Shown here: one piece after another, positions 34,764 to 48,469 of the stretch
Layout of the letters: the number at the start of each line of letters is the position of its first letter
Position numbering within the stretch: the first letter of the stretch is position 1
From: Glaucostegus cemiculus
Lineage: Eukaryota
Direction: 5' to 3'
Length of the DNA stretch: 64,000 nucleotides
Assembly: GCA_976551045.1 (NCBI GenBank)
Contig: CDPCPM010000207.1
Span: 5,518,001-5,582,000 of the forward strand
The notes under the pieces: model-generated
Seen by the model: the letters and a program-made list of their open reading frames with translations, nothing else
Told to the model about the DNA's origin: nothing
The model's database searches: none
Program-made: the position numbers and the translations under genes

Positions 34764-35899
34764 GTCTGTATCTGTTACTGCTTTGTACCTAGAGTGTAAT
34801 ATTTGTCATAATGTAGCTTCAGTTCTTGTGCTGCATAGACACTGTGTTTTCTACCAGAGATGTGAATAGAAGCAGAAGTAGGCAATTTGACCCAATGTGT
34901 TTTCTCCACCATTTAATAAGTTTATGGCTGTTTTTTTTTAAACTTTAGAACCACTTCTTTACACAAACCCAGGGTACAAATGACCTGACTTACAGAAATC
35001 CAACTTCACACAAATTCTCCCATACATTTTTAACATATTTCTCAGGGTAGAAATAATTAAAATGTTTAATGGTATTCATTAATCACTGGATACAGTATAT
35101 ATTCCATTAGTTTAATTATAGGTAGCGTTAGGGTGACTACTTACCTCTATACTGATTTCATTAGCCGCCTTTTTCGTTTTTTTAATAGGTAAGTAAAACA
35201 CCCAGCACATAGAATATATTCTTGGAATTTCTTATATTTCACTTCTATATGTTAAAAATGTTGGCTTTATTAACAGTTTCAATTAATTAATTGTGGTTTA
35301 GAAGGTTATTATCCTGATTTTAATCTCTTTAAAGCTGACTTGTGTATTTATATTTGCTTCACAACACAAATTGATCTTTCCTCTGAGAACTCCCATTTCG
35401 ACAGATTTCTTACAGTTGTACCACGGGACCCATGTGGATTCTTTTTATCTCCACTTTACAGAGAATATAGTTCCCCCCAGTTCTAGCTGCAGCCCTTTCA
35501 GGATTTCTCAGGATAAAGTAGAAAGATTCGGGGCACTATTTTTCTGCACTGTACAGTATTTGGCTTTGAAACTATACTTCACTATTTCTGTAATTAAAAA
35601 AAATGATTGACAGGCAGTCTACTTGTTTTGGCAGTCTAAAATGGCTGGGATTCAGCACAATGTGATTCCTTGTATTCACAAAGAAGTGCATCTTGCTGAG
35701 TATGGAATACTTTAAACTGCAATCTCACTGATCTTTGACATGAGTTGCCTTGGGGAGAAGATTGCAGTGTTCTTAAATTTCACAAAGTTTCTATTGGAAT
35801 ATAGTTTTGAGTTGGAGCAACTATTGACAAAAGTAATTTTGTGGGTTTGGGAACTCAGTTTAAGGTAAAGTTACACATATTAAATGCTTTACATAAAAA

Positions 35900-37510
35900 A
35901 ACAATGGCTGGAAATGCTCAGTGGGTTGGGCAGAATCTGTGGAGAAAAGGTGAGTTAGGGGGATTCTGACTAGCGAGAACAAAAGCAAAATCTGATAGGG
36001 TGGAGACTGAGAGGGACTGGATGACACAAGTGGTAGCGGTGCTGGCTGAGAGGATTATAAGGGCTTGTTAATTGTAACTGTTCTGTCTGAAAGAGGTTTA
36101 ATTAGAAGGCTGTGAATGAAAGTGGAGGAGGAGAGAGGAAAGGGAATAAAGTTCTGAAACTGAGAGGTTCAAAACTACAGAAATCTGAACTAAATGTCGA
36201 GAATTCTAGAAACACATATGTCAGGCAACTTGTTTGGCGGAAGGAAAGCAAAATTAACACACGAGTCTTTCATCAGAGCTGGCTAGTTACAATAGAAATT
36301 AGAAAGTGATTATCTGAAATTATTAATTTATGTTAAGTCCTGATGGGGGAACTGTGCTAAATCAGAGGTGCTATTTCTCGAGCTTATGCTGGGTTTTGTT
36401 GGAATAATACAAGAAGTCAAGGGCAGGTCAAAGGGAAGGAGAATTAAAGTGGCAGGTCATTTGAAGTTCAGAATCACCTCTGGACTGGACATGGATGTTC
36501 AACGAAGCAGTTACCAAATCTACGTTTGGATTCCCCAGTGAAGAGATCCCATTGTGAAGAGATCCCATTGTGACTGCCTACGCAGAACTTATGGAGGTTA
36601 TATTCATTTCTTACATCTGCATAGCAAGACATCATTGGAGATGGAAGAATGAACCAGACCTTTTTTTTAGAGGAGTGATCCCTTTAGGATAATGAAAGGA
36701 GAGTGAAGGAGAGAATATGATGGAATAGGACTGAAGGTGGTGGAAATTGCGGAGGTTGATCCATTGAACATGGAGTCTGATGGGGGTAAAAGGTGAGGAC
36801 AAGAGGAACCCAACTTTTGCTTGAAGGAAGCGAGGGTGGCAGGAGAAGTGTGTGAAATGGAAAATACATGGTTGAAAGCTCTATCATCTATGGTGGAAGT
36901 GAAACTATGGTTTAGGAGACAGGAAGGCATCTTAGAAGCACTGAGGTGGAAGGTGTTGTCATAGGAACAATATGATAGTGCCAGAGAAATTAGAAGAATG
37001 GAACAGGTTTTTTTTGCAGGAAAGAGTTGTTGTTAAAATGGCTATGGAAATTTATGGGTTTGTAAGAGATATTGGTCATTAATCTATTCTCTGAGATGGA
37101 GGTAGAAACGTTGAGAAAGAGAAGGGCAGAGTCAGAGAGAGATCTTGTGAAAGTGACTGCAAGCAGGAACTTGGCAGCTAAAATGATGAAACATTTGAGT
37201 TGTGTGAGATCAGGGATGTAGCACCATCACAGCCATCTAGGTCATAGAAGATCCAAGTAGGCCTAAACAAGGACTGCTCCATATACCCTGCAAAGGGATG
37301 TACGGTTTTGACCCATGTGGGTTTCCGTAACTCGACTTTTGATTTGGAGGAAGCGAGTGGAGTTAAAGGAGAACTGTACAGTGCAAGAGCAAGTTCAGTC
37401 AGAAGGATGGTGGTGGAAGGAGAGTGGTTTGTCTTGTGCTCAAGGAAGATGTGAAATGCCCACAATCCTTCCTGGCGTTAGATGGAGATGTAGAGGGACT
37501 GGCTATCCCC
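35900..37510 (-). mobile_element. Degenerate Penelope-like element (tandem termini plus RT remnant)
   Basis: FAGYMEQSLF resembles PLE RT LFVGYVEQSLF; VPLVLTFYP motif; termini at ~35900 and ~36170. Confidence 0.7.
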
Positions 37511-37879
37511 ATTAAAAGTTGTATCCTAAAATCACACTGAAACACTGGGATTTTTATTTGCAGCTCAACTCTGCTAACAGCATACTGTTTATTATGGACC
37601 CTTTCAGAAATGTATACTGTCAATCATCCTGTGTTTGTAATATATGGTGCTCAGAGAAAAATTTGTAATGCTTTGCTTTTTAAAATTACCTCCAACGTCC
37701 TTGGAATGCTTTTAATTTTATTCTACCTTCAAATGTTCCGAATGATCAAAAGGGAGTGAGAAAAATATTGTCAATATTGTGGAGAACTCATGCTAGTGGA
37801 GACCCTTGAAGGATTCCAATGTTCTGTGCAATTTCAAGAGGGACCTTTTATAAATAGTTTCAGGTTCTCCTGAGTAACA

Positions 37880-38470
37880 GGACAGGTAGACAAGGTGGTT
37901 AAGAAGGTATGCATTAGCTGGAGCATAGAATATAAAAATGGCAAAGTGATGCTCAAGCTCAGGATAGCAGTTAATCCGCAGTCAGTACTGCAAGCAGTCT
38001 GGTCACCCCAGTACACGAGGAACGTGGAAATGAGAGAGGAAACAGAAGAGGTTTAGGAGAACATTAGCAGGTGGAGAATTTTAGTTTTGGTGAAAGATGG
38101 GGCAGGCTAATGTATTTTTTTTGGGGGGGGGGTGCAGGTTGGGTGGAAATAAAGGATGTTATGGGGGTGAGCAAAGATGATTATCTTTCCCTTAGCAGAG
38201 AGGTCAGAAAGTTTAGAGCATAGATTGAAGGTAGTTATTTAGAAGAAATAGTTGAAATGTTGAAAGTGCTGTTAAGAATTCTCTTTGCTCAATGGATGAT
38301 GAGAATCTGAACTTGCCTAAAATGGTGAGAGAGGCAAAAGCCTTCAGGGCATTTTAAAAACTGCTTGACCATAGGTTATTGACTGAGAACCGGAAAGTGA
38401 ACTTTGCCTTAATAGCACTTTTTGGATGGGAAGGGATTGAATGGATTTTTAATGAGTTGTTACATTTCTT
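37880..38470 (+). mobile_element. Old CR1 remnant
   Basis: CAGGTAGACAAGGTGGTTAAGAAGG...CTGGTCACC motifs. Confidence 0.6.
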
Positions 38471-39149
38471 TAATTATCGCAAATCTTAAGTGCTTGTAAG
38501 CAGTGTTCCTTTATCCTTTTTTTTCCATGTAATTAGAGCAAATAACTTATCCTGAGCTATCCCAACAGTTTCATTATTGGATTTATAGAAACAACAAAAT
38601 GTCATGATGTTTTATTTGGAACTTTTGTACAATGTGGTAGGAAGTGGATTACAACAAAGGTCACAGAAGGGAAGGGAAAGTTTTGCTTGGATTCAATGTT
38701 GCATCTTTCTAAAACTTTATAATGGGTTTCTTGATAACTGAACTGAGTATAATAACACCAGTGTGGTACTGAGAAATCTATTGGTTTGGTACCAGTTCCA
38801 TCTTCAGCTTTTGCAGTGTTAACTATTTTTCTGGAGAAAAGTGGAGCTAGTAGATAGCCTTGTTTCTTTGTGTTAAGGAGCAAAAAATTAGCAGGCTCTT
38901 GCTCCTTAATATATGCCAGAGGATAAAAGTAGACTGTCAGATCAGACTGCTTTTGTGATTGTGCTCAATAGCTGAATATTTTACCACTCCAAGCATTTAC
39001 ATTAAATGACCATTTGAGAAAAGTAGTAGAGTGTAGCCCGCGTTCACAAAACTACTCCAGAGCAGTTAGATCTAGGAGAATGGGGCAAAAATGGTGAGGA
39101 ATCATACATTTTCAAACAATACAGTCTGTCTTTCTTCTGAATTGGAAAA

Positions 39150-39495
39150 ACTCATAGCTCAGTCTTAAATATCAGAAGTGACACAATGGGTTCAATCCTG
39201 ACCTTTGGTGTTGTCTGCATAGTCTTTGTGCCTTCCCCTCTCATTGTGTTGGTTTCCCTTGGGTGCCCCAATTTCCTCGTACATCTCAAAGACATGCAGA
39301 TTGAAAGTTAATTAACCATAGTAAATTGTTGCTAGTGTGTAGGTGTGGGGTAGAATCGGGCTTGGGGGAGGGGAAGGGGTGGAATTGAGTGGAGTGTACA
39401 GGGAATAAAATAGGATGAGAATAAATGTTTGCTTGGTGGTCAATGCAGAGTTAGTGAGCCAAAGGGTCTGTTTCCATGCTGTATGACTCTGTGAC
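39150..39495 (+). mobile_element. Older HE1-like V-SINE
   Basis: GGGTTCAATCC B box, degenerate V core, GGGTCTGTTTCCATGCTGTATGACTCT tail. Confidence 0.75.
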
Positions 39496-39675
39496 TCGAA
39501 GAATCTCAGTTCCCAGGAATGATAATAGAACTATTAATGATTTGTTTGTAATTATTTATTGCAAATTATTCTTTGATAGGTAAATATTAAATAAATGTTG
39601 CTGAATCATTTCTTGAACAGTGCCCATAGTCATGCCAATCACTTTTCAAAATGTGTGTTTCCACATGCATCGTAG

Positions 39676-39849
39676 AAGCTGACAAGAAGAATGATAGATC
39701 AACATTGAACAGGCGATTGGATGAAAAGCTGCTACTGTTAATAAAAGAAAAAGTGGCGGATGAAGAGATCTGGTTGTTGCCACAGAGTTACTGGAAGCCA
39801 GGGGAAACCATGAGGCAGACCGCTGAACGCACCTTGTCTACTTTGTCTG
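39676..39849 (+). CDS. MRPL46: MRPL46 coding exon 3
   Basis: EADKKNDRSTLNRRLDEKLLLLIKEK...WLLPQ..WKPGETMRQTAERTLSTLS (Nudix-like fold region); tag acceptor and G|GTAAC donor; 174 bp, phase 1/1. Confidence 0.96.
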
Positions 39850-40217
39850 GTAACAACTTTTTTGGTAGCTTTTGATTTTGTTAGAATGATAGCATGGTAA
39901 AGCATAAGCAAAGGGCCATTTGGTCCATTGTGCCTGGGCCAGGTATTTCTCAATAGACCAGCAATAATTTGTCACTTTAGATATTTATGAACATTATTGT
40001 TTGTTTTCACTGTCCTTTCAGAGAATGCATCACACCAATTTGCAGTGGGAAATAAAACTTCTTGTATCTCCTTGGGTTATTTTGACAATAATTGTATTGT
40101 TTCCTGGCGTATTTAAGCTTGCTTCCTCTCATTTAAGGTTCTTGATACTTGGATTTGTTTCCTTCTCTTATTGTTTCCTTCGTTTTCCAACACTCCTCCC
40201 ACCATTACACTTTGCAG

Positions 40218-40480
40218 GAAATGAATTGCAAGCTGTTTTTCTGGGAAATGCTCCGTCCGGTTTCTATAAATACAAGTATCCCAAGGCTGTGCGAACTTCC
40301 AGTAGTGTTGGAGCCAAAGTATTTTTCTTCAAAGCCTTGCTGGTAAATGGAGATCTTAAGACGAGAAAGAAAGAAGACCACGTGTGGGTAACCAAGAGTG
40401 AGCTGAAGGACTACCTCAAACCAAACTATTTGAAGCAAGTTCATCGCTTCATCTTTGATAGCTCGACAATAAATGTTTAG
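40218..40480 (+). CDS. MRPL46: MRPL46 coding exon 4 (last)
   Basis: [17 protein letters not shown]...[11 protein letters not shown]...[15 protein letters not shown]; cag acceptor; TAG stop. Exons sum to 879 nt (292 aa plus stop). Confidence 0.97.
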
Positions 40481-40517
40481 AATTATGTTATTTTGTTAAA
40501 ATAGAACCATTGTGAAC

Positions 40518-40523
40518 ATTAAA
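40518..40523 (+). terminator. Candidate MRPL46 poly(A) signal ATTAAA
   Basis: Followed ~15-30 nt later by GU/U-rich TCTTGTGTGTCACTTTTTT. Confidence 0.55.
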
Positions 40524-40674
40524 TTATAAATCAAATCTTGTGTGTCACTTTTTATTGCACTTTGGTGAGCTCTTGGGTCTTTAATGTTCTTTCAGTTTCA
40601 AAAACTTGACTGGGAATATCCCATGTTAACCTAACCCTCCTAACACTCGGTCCATTTTATTTATACATTTTTTT

Positions 40675-40965
40675 TTGGAATATGTTCAACACAGGCAAAA
40701 CCAGCATTTACTATCCATCCCCAATCACCCTTGCATCTAAGGCATTTCAGGATCAACAACATAGTTGAGAGTCAGGAGCCGTGTGTAGGCCAGACCAGGT
40801 AAGATCAGCAGAGTGGCATTAGTGAACCAGGTGGATTTTTAATTGCAGTCAGTAGACATTATTATTAATGACTGTTCCAGATTATTAACAATTAACTTCC
40901 ACAACTGTTATGCTAGGAATTGAGGTCTAGTCTGTGGATTGCTAGTCTGGTAATTTAACCATTGT
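40675..40965 (-). mobile_element. Old tRNA-derived SINE
   Basis: CCAGCATTTA...GTGTAGGCCAGACCAGGTAAG...CATTAGTGAACCAG; reverse complement of the 45700-46050 copy. Confidence 0.65.
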
Positions 40966-42414
40966 ACCCTTGTACTCTGTGGATTTGCACATATGGAAAT
41001 CAGTGTGAGAACATTGACTATAGCACCCTGGGAGTCAAAAACAAAACAAACTTGCTGCTTAGCCACTTGAAGATTTGTTGCTGACTGTTAAACTGTATCC
41101 CAGTAAGGAATTGACAGTTTTGGGAATATGGGTATAAATTATGAGTGGGAGAATCTCAAATCTAGGGCATTGTTTGCTTTCAGCAGTTTATCCCCCATCT
41201 CACTGTCAGGGAGCACTGTTCCATTGATAATCATTGTCTGTTACCAGCCACCAGGTAGTAAAATCAGAAGCCTTTTGACCAATTACAAATGAAAGCTGAT
41301 TTTAAGCCACATATTGCCTAATTATTGTATTTGTTAAATGTTTATTAATGACAATGAATTTTGGCTTGGAAGATGCAAATTATTTCTGGATCTTGCCCAA
41401 CTTCACTGTACTGTCAGTGTGTGCCCAGATCTTGTAGTTGTACTTCATAGGCTTCTATTTTAAGTTACTCTGATTCATCGCATTTTCCCTTTAACTTTGC
41501 TTTGTTTGAAGATTCATTCAACAAGTCATTTATTGCTATATAGTAACATTAATTATGTATTAAATAATTGTACGCATCTTGCATTCTGTTTCAAGTCTCC
41601 AGAAACATTTCCCTGTCACATTTTGTTGCTTGGTGCAATGTTGGACAGTTGCAAAGTGTAAATAACCTGGGCATCATTGAAACAAATAAAAACTGAGCAG
41701 CAACTAATAAGGGGAACCTTCGATTAACTGTCCTAGAAACTTGCTAGTCCTTTCTGCTATTTTTCCTTCATGTTCTAGACAAAATAATGTTAAAATGCAG
41801 GTATTTTGCAGATCTAATTGAATTTACCAATTGAATTGTTTCATTTGATTAATGAAAAATAGTACAAATGTTTTAACTGGTCTGACTTGAGGCAGATTTT
41901 TTTCTTGCCTATTGAAATTGTGAATATTTCCTGCTACAATCTGTAGTTGTCTCATTTTCCTAGCTTACATAACATGGTCATGGAGTTGAGGTCTCTTTAT
42001 AGTAAATGTTAGTGTTGTGATCGTTCAGAGTTTGAATTCTCAGAACTATGTTTCAGAAGATTTTCTTCATTAGAAATAGTGACTGAAAATGTTAGCAACA
42101 TGTAGTGGAAGAACAATTTCTCAGCCAAACATCATCTGTCTTTGTAACCTTTTCCTGATCTTTTGAAAGTAAAAAGCTGGATTACTGAGCCTACATCTCT
42201 GTTTCTGTGAACAGCCAAAATATTTTGATTTGATCTTTTCTCCAAAGAAAGAAAGATGAATCTGAATTATTGGTTTCTCTTGATTTGCTACTACGTAATG
42301 GCAGTCAGAACAAAACCTTCCATCTTCGTTGTTTCTAATTCTTGTGCAAAAATCACTTCTGCTTTATTAGGGAACTGATTTAGTATTAAATATAAAAGTA
42401 ATTAAATAGATTTG

Positions 42415-44570
42415 AATTAAGAACAGGAGTGAGGCTTTCAAATCTATTTAATAAGGTGTTTAATCAAATCATTTAATAAGATCATAGCTGATCTGATTAT
42501 AACTCAACATTCCCTCTACCCATGGTATTCTTTCACCCTCCTGCTCTTTGAGAATCTATGTCCCTCTACTGTAAAATTATTCAAAGACTCTGCCTTCCAA
42601 TACTCCTTACAGCAGAGTGTTCCAAAGACTCGCTACCATAAAAAAATTCTCTTAAATTACTCATTTTCAAGAGATTCCAGTTACTGGATTTCCTCACAAG
42701 GAAACAACCACTCCACTTCCACCATGTCAAGCCCCCTCACGTATTTCAAAAGATCATCTCTCATTTTTCTAAGTTGCAGTCACCCATCCATTTCTTCCTT
42801 CTCAGGCGACTCGCCCATTCCAGCTATTGATCTCGTAAACCTACTTTGAAACTTCTCTAATTACTTGCTTATTAGCCTTTTGTGAGTCATGTACCCAGAT
42901 CCCTTTGCAGTGTCTCATTTGGATTCTGTTTTTGTATTTTTCCTGTCAAAGGGGACAATTTCACATTTTCCATAGTAAACTTCATTTGCCAGATCTTTGG
43001 CCGCTCATTAATCTATTTTATATAGCCATTTACTTTCCTACCCATCTTTGTGTCAGAAAATTATTCAACTAACTTTTGGTGCTTTCATCCAAGTCATTGA
43101 TATAAATTGTAAAAAGTTGAGGCCCCAACACTGATCCCTGTTGATCACTGATCCACTACGTCTTGCCAACCAGAAAGCGATTGTTTCCTATGGGCAGCGA
43201 GTCTTCCATTTGCACCAAAATATCACAGCCTCCTCCATGAGCTTTTATTTTTAAAATAATCTTTGACGTAGCATCATATCAAATGCCTCTGGAAATTGGT
43301 TGGTATGCCAATACCAAATGCAAGTATAGTACATCCACTGGTTTCCCTTTTATGCAGGTAATTATTACAATAAATTGGTCAAACTTGATTTCCCTGTCAC
43401 AAAATCATGTTGACGTCTAATTACCTTGAATTTTTCTAAACACCCTACTATTATATCTTGAATCATAGATTTTACCATTTACCCAATAAAAACTGGTAAT
43501 CTAGTTTATAGTTGCCTGATGTCTTTTTCTCTCTCTTCTTGAAAAATGGAGTTTCATTTGCTTCCTCCACATCCTGACCCCCCACAATCTAGTGGGACCT
43601 TCCCTGTATCTGTGGAATTTTGTAAGATGAAAGCTCCAAGAGATTAGGGGACCAAGTCTCTAGTTCCCTGAAGGTGGCAACACGGGAAGAAGGGGTATGG
43701 TATGCTTGCCTTCATAGGTCAGGGCATCAGACATTATGTTGCAACTTTACAAAACCCTGGTTAGGCCACATCAGGAGTATTGTGTGTAGTTCTGGTTGCC
43801 CAGTATAGGAAGGATGTGATGGCACTGAAGAGAATGCAGAGAAGCTTCACCAGGATGTTGTCTGGATTGGAGGACTTTAATAATTATGGGGAGAGATTGG
43901 ATAGGCTTGACTTGTTTTCCTTGGAGCAACAGAGGGTGAAGATATATGTAATTAGAGGTACAGGTGGGGTAAATAGTCAAAATCTTTTTCCATGGTAGGG
44001 GCATCAAAAACGCTATAGGTTTAAGGCGAGAGGAATTTTAAAGCAGATCTGAGGGTTAAGTCCTTTTTTACACTGAATGGTTGATTTATGGAACATGCTG
44101 CCATGGGTACTGGTGGAATCAGGTATTATTATGTTTAGGAAGCATTTAGATAGACACTTAAATAACAAAGGTATAGAAGAATACGGTCCCAATGCAGGCA
44201 AATGGGAATGGTGTAGCTGGACAAAAAGGGTCGACGACATGGTGGGCTGAAGATGCTGTTACTGTTCTGTTTGACTGTGACAATGCATCAACTACCCCAC
44301 TTAACCACTTCTAAACTCGAGGATGAAGTCCATCAGTACCCAGAGACTTATCAACCTGCAGTACTGCTCCTCCTTTCCAATTCCTGACCTACAGCTAATT
44401 CTGGGGTGTTATTTTGTCCTTTTACAGGGAAGACTAATGCAAAGTACCCATTTAATTAATTTGTCCTTGTTTTCCATTATAAATTCCCCAGACTCACTTT
44501 TTGTTCCAAGAGTACTGTGTTAACTTCTCTTTTTTAAGGATGCATGGAAGCTCTTGCTAGCTTTATCTCA
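42415..44570. mobile_element. Old minus-strand CR1 (~42415-43625, ~44290-44570) with a younger plus-strand CR1 (~43630-44285) inserted
   Basis: GGCCCCAACACTGATCCCTG is the reverse complement of the QGSVLGP motif; inner copy has [17 protein letters not shown] and a CR1 tail. Confidence 0.75.
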
Positions 44571-45699
44571 CACACTAACAGCAGCATCACAGGCACGCAG
44601 ATTCAGACAACAAACTGAACATAAATATACATAAATTATACCAGACCGGAAGAAAAAAAGACTGCGCAAAACAAGACACTCGAGCAAAATGCACTCGGAG
44701 TCTTCAAATTACTACTTGCTATATTTATTCTGCTCAGACTTTCCCTAATCCTTATGTGCTTGGGGCTATGGGATAGCAGAATGGCATTTTGCAACCTGTG
44801 CAAAATGTAAGTAAAAAGATATGGAGCATTAGAGGAGACTTTTAATCTATTGCTATGATTTTCTCAGCTTTAACAGTTTTGTGCCCTAAGTATGCTAAAT
44901 CCTTCCAGCATTCCTTTTGTTCTCATTAAATAAATACACTGAGCAATCATGTGTACCTGGGGTGTATAAATATAAAAGAGTCAAAAATAACTCCAGAGGG
45001 GATTTCTGGAAGAATATATTTACTCAAGAGAGCAGATATAATGTGGAACTTGCTGCCTTAGGGAGTAATGGAGGTGAGTAGTTCCATTTAAAGAGGAACC
45101 AGAGAGGCACCTGAGGGACAACAGAACAGATGGCATTGAAGGTGGGGGGACGGGGTGGGGGTGGTTCATAAGAAGTATAAACACCAGCAGGAATCTTTTG
45201 GCCAAGTGGTCTCTTCCTGTGTAAGTACTTTGTGGACTCCCATGTTGCAAGCTGAACAGTGTGCATTTGGAACATCTGAAACTGCTCTCTCACCTTTGTC
45301 AGCCTTCAGTGGCACCATGGCTCCTTGTGTATTGATCTTTAAAATCCCCATTCTTCCTCAGAGCACTCAATCAATGAAGGTGAGCAAGGTTAGAAATCTT
45401 ACTGCAAGCAGTTTTGACAGACTTGCTGAAGATGAGACAATTGGAGCAGTGGTTATTGGCATTGAAGGTGTCAGGTTGTGGTACAGGAGGAGACCCTTTG
45501 CTGGTAATTACTATTAAGGTTAGTGCAAAAAAGAGCCAAGAAATTAAATTGTCAGCCCTTTCAGCATTACATTTATCTGCCCAAGTTAGTGGAACAGTTT
45601 GCTGTGTTGGTAATAAATGTTATTAAAGCTCTTGTTTCTGAAGTTCCAGGACTCAGGCTGCATCTCCAATAGCTTTTAACGATCTGTGATCTATTGGGT

Positions 45700-46050
45700 A
45701 CTGTAGCAAGGTGATTAAATTATTTGACTTGCAGGCAAAGTCCTGGACTATTGATCTGAGGATGCAAGTTCAAATCCCTCAAGGTCAGGAGAGGAATTTA
45801 AATTCAATAATTAAATAAATCCAGAATTAAAAAGCAAACTACCATGAAACTACCAAACTGGAGTAAAAGCCCGTGTAGTACTCCAATAACATTCAGGGAA
45901 GGAATCTGTCATCTGTACCTTGTCTAGCCCAGACATGACTTCAGGCTCACCAATATAGTTGACTCTTAATTGCCTCTGAAATGGTCTTTGAATAGGCCAG
46001 CTATGAATGGTCACTAAATGTCTAATGTCCATGTTCTGTGAATGAAAAAA
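45700..46050 (+). mobile_element. Old tRNA-derived SINE
   Basis: AGTTCAAATCC B box; GGAAGGAATCTGTC...GTTGACTCTTAATTGCCTCTGAAATGG. Confidence 0.65.
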
Positions 46051-46499
46051 TCTGAACTGTAGCTTATGAAACTAATAAACCACTTGACTGAATTAGTCCC
46101 TGTGGTAAAAGCTTTATATCAAGGTTTATTTGGAAGCACTCTCACCTCTGGTCAGAGGTTATACAGAATATTCTGCACAGAAAAGCCATCCAGCCCAATG
46201 AGTAGATGGTGATGTTTATGCTCTACACGAGCCTCCTCTCACCATCTTCATCCAACCCTATCAGCTTAACCTTTTTCTTCCTCATGTACCCATCTTTTCC
46301 TTAAATGCATATATGCTACTAACAGCAATTATTTCTGATACCAAATTCAACATTCTGACCTCTGAGTAAGGAAGTTGATACTGGATTAGAATTACTAGGG
46401 ACTATTTACATCATCTAGTTTTGGTTTTGCTTAAGTGAAAATATTTTCTCTGTGTTTTCTATTAAACTCTTTCAATATCTTTAAGAACCTCCACCAGGT

Positions 46500-46895
46500 A
46501 TTGGTTCAAGGGTTAGTTTAGTGACTTGGGCACAAAATCCAGGCTGACGTTTTGACGGACTGTACTGAAGGAGCAATGCTCCAGGGGTGCCATCCTTCAC
46601 ATGAAATGCAGAACCAACATTGTCTGCCTTCTATTAAAAGATCAAATGGTACCACTTCAAAGACCAGGAGAGTTATCCTAATGTCTTGGTAAATATATAT
46701 CTATCAACCAACATTATTAAAGCAGATGATCCGGTCTTCATCTCATTGCTGTTTCTGAAACCTTGCTGTGCATAAACTGGCTGCTGTTTTCCCCACTTCA
46801 CAACAGTAATTACATTTCAAAATACTCCATTGACTGTAAAATGCTATGGGACAGCCTGGGGTTATAAAAGGTGGTTTATTATTTCAAATCTTTCA
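46500..46895 (+). mobile_element. Deu-domain SINE (SacSINE1/AmnSINE1-related)
   Basis: TAAAAGATC..ATGG.AC...GGAGAGTT.TCC...AATAT.TAT..TCAACCAACAT...TTGCTGTGCA.AAA.TGGCTGC pattern. Confidence 0.75.
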
Positions 46896-47059
46896 TTTTT
46901 TTCTTTTTAGCTTGTCATTTTGGCAAACCATTTCCTTGTTATACTCTCTTGTGAATCACAAGAACAGTGATTTTCACTCCCGGTGATTTGATTGTGATTT
47001 GTTAAAATGTATTTTTTCTCCTGCATTATCACTTCTCTTTCTCTACTGGGAAAGATGAA

Positions 47060-47480
47060 AGAAAAGTAGAGCATGAATTAATCAAGCACATTTCATACAC
47101 TCAGGGTTTTCCTAAGCGCTTCACATCAAATTATTTTCAAGTGTAGTCACCTTTTTTGTTAGGAGATACAGCAAGCAATATATTATACTGGCAAGATCCC
47201 ACAAATACAAAGAACTTAAGTAAAACTGGTTTATCACTTTAAGTAGTGCTGGTTGAGGGAGAAATGTTGTCCAGGGCACCAGGAAGAGTTCCTCTACTCC
47301 TCCTTTGAGATACTATATAATCTTTCATGTTCATGAGTAGAGACAGTTTAGTATCTAATTTTAAGAGGCAGAACCTCCTAGAACTAAGCCACTGCTCCCT
47401 CAATTCCATCTTAATTTAGCATTGTTGAGTCAGCCTGGATTAACTGCTATATTCACAAACCTTTGACTCAGAGCTAAGAA
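47060..47480 (-). mobile_element. Deu-domain SINE, inverted relative to the 46500 copy
   Basis: GTGTAGTCAC...GCAAGATCCCACAAA...GGTTGAGGGA.AAAT.TTG.CCAGG.CACC. Confidence 0.7.
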
Positions 47481-48469
47481 GGGTATTACTGAATTAAGCT
47501 GGTATTTAATGTTCTGCAGATATCATCAGACCTTTGATACTTTGCTCAATTGACCCAGTTTAGCCAGAAATAGCTCCCTGTCCAGTCTAGAAATGATAGG
47601 CAGGGAGCTATTTAACTACAGTAGTGTTACAGATAAACCTGATTCTGTTCTTCCCTTATACAATGTCTGTTAATGAACTCCTCAGCACACAGGACAAAAA
47701 CAAAATCTCTCCTATCTGCCATTTAAACACCATAACGTTGATCAGTACACTGAAGTCTCTCAGATCTAGTAACGTAGTGAATTGTAGTATGATATGAACC
47801 AAGGCTATTGTATAAAATACATCAGGCTTCCTGTGATTGAAGATATGAATGTCATTGATTTCCAATTCCCCTTCAGTGCTGGAGATTATGGGGATGCTGA
47901 CCTCCTACACGAGCCTCTTGTTGCCAAGCAGGTTTAATCTATTCAGCAAACTCCTCATTAGGACGATAACGTGCATTGAGTAATGTGCAGGGATGTGAGA
48001 AGTGGCTCTGGAATGAGTTGAAGGAAATGGAACCAGGAAACGTGGTTAATAAATGGTTGAGACAAAATGGTTCATTTTAGATGATCATTAATAAGTCAAA
48101 GTGAAGGAGTCTCAACTCAAAATGATGCCTGCTACAGAGCTATTTATTTCCATTGTCCTCCCATTATAACGTTTACAGAATCAGAAAGCTCAATGCAAAA
48201 GTAGGCTAGTGTCAGATCAGATTCCATTTCCCTATTCATTCCCTATCCTTTTTGATTATGGTCTTCAAGAATTTGATTCCTTCTTAAAGATCATGCTTAG
48301 CACCTTCAAATTCTGTCTTTCAATTGCACTACAAGTTCTCTTTTTCCTCTTTTATACTTCTAATACTGATTCCAGTTTATTCTCCTCATTACAGATTCAC
48401 AAATCATAGCTGTATCCTTTTCGACTCTTAAATTCTTAACACTCTTCAGTTCTGGTGAATAGAGCCCAT

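Noticed and set aside
36541-36573. Short direct duplications (also ~901-927 and ~62795-62838)
   Set aside because: Ordinary local slippage events with no further structure.
39651-40480. ORF-track starts at 39651 and 40001 as independent genes
   Set aside because: They are intronic read-in to MRPL46 exons 3 and 4; homology begins at the splice acceptors.
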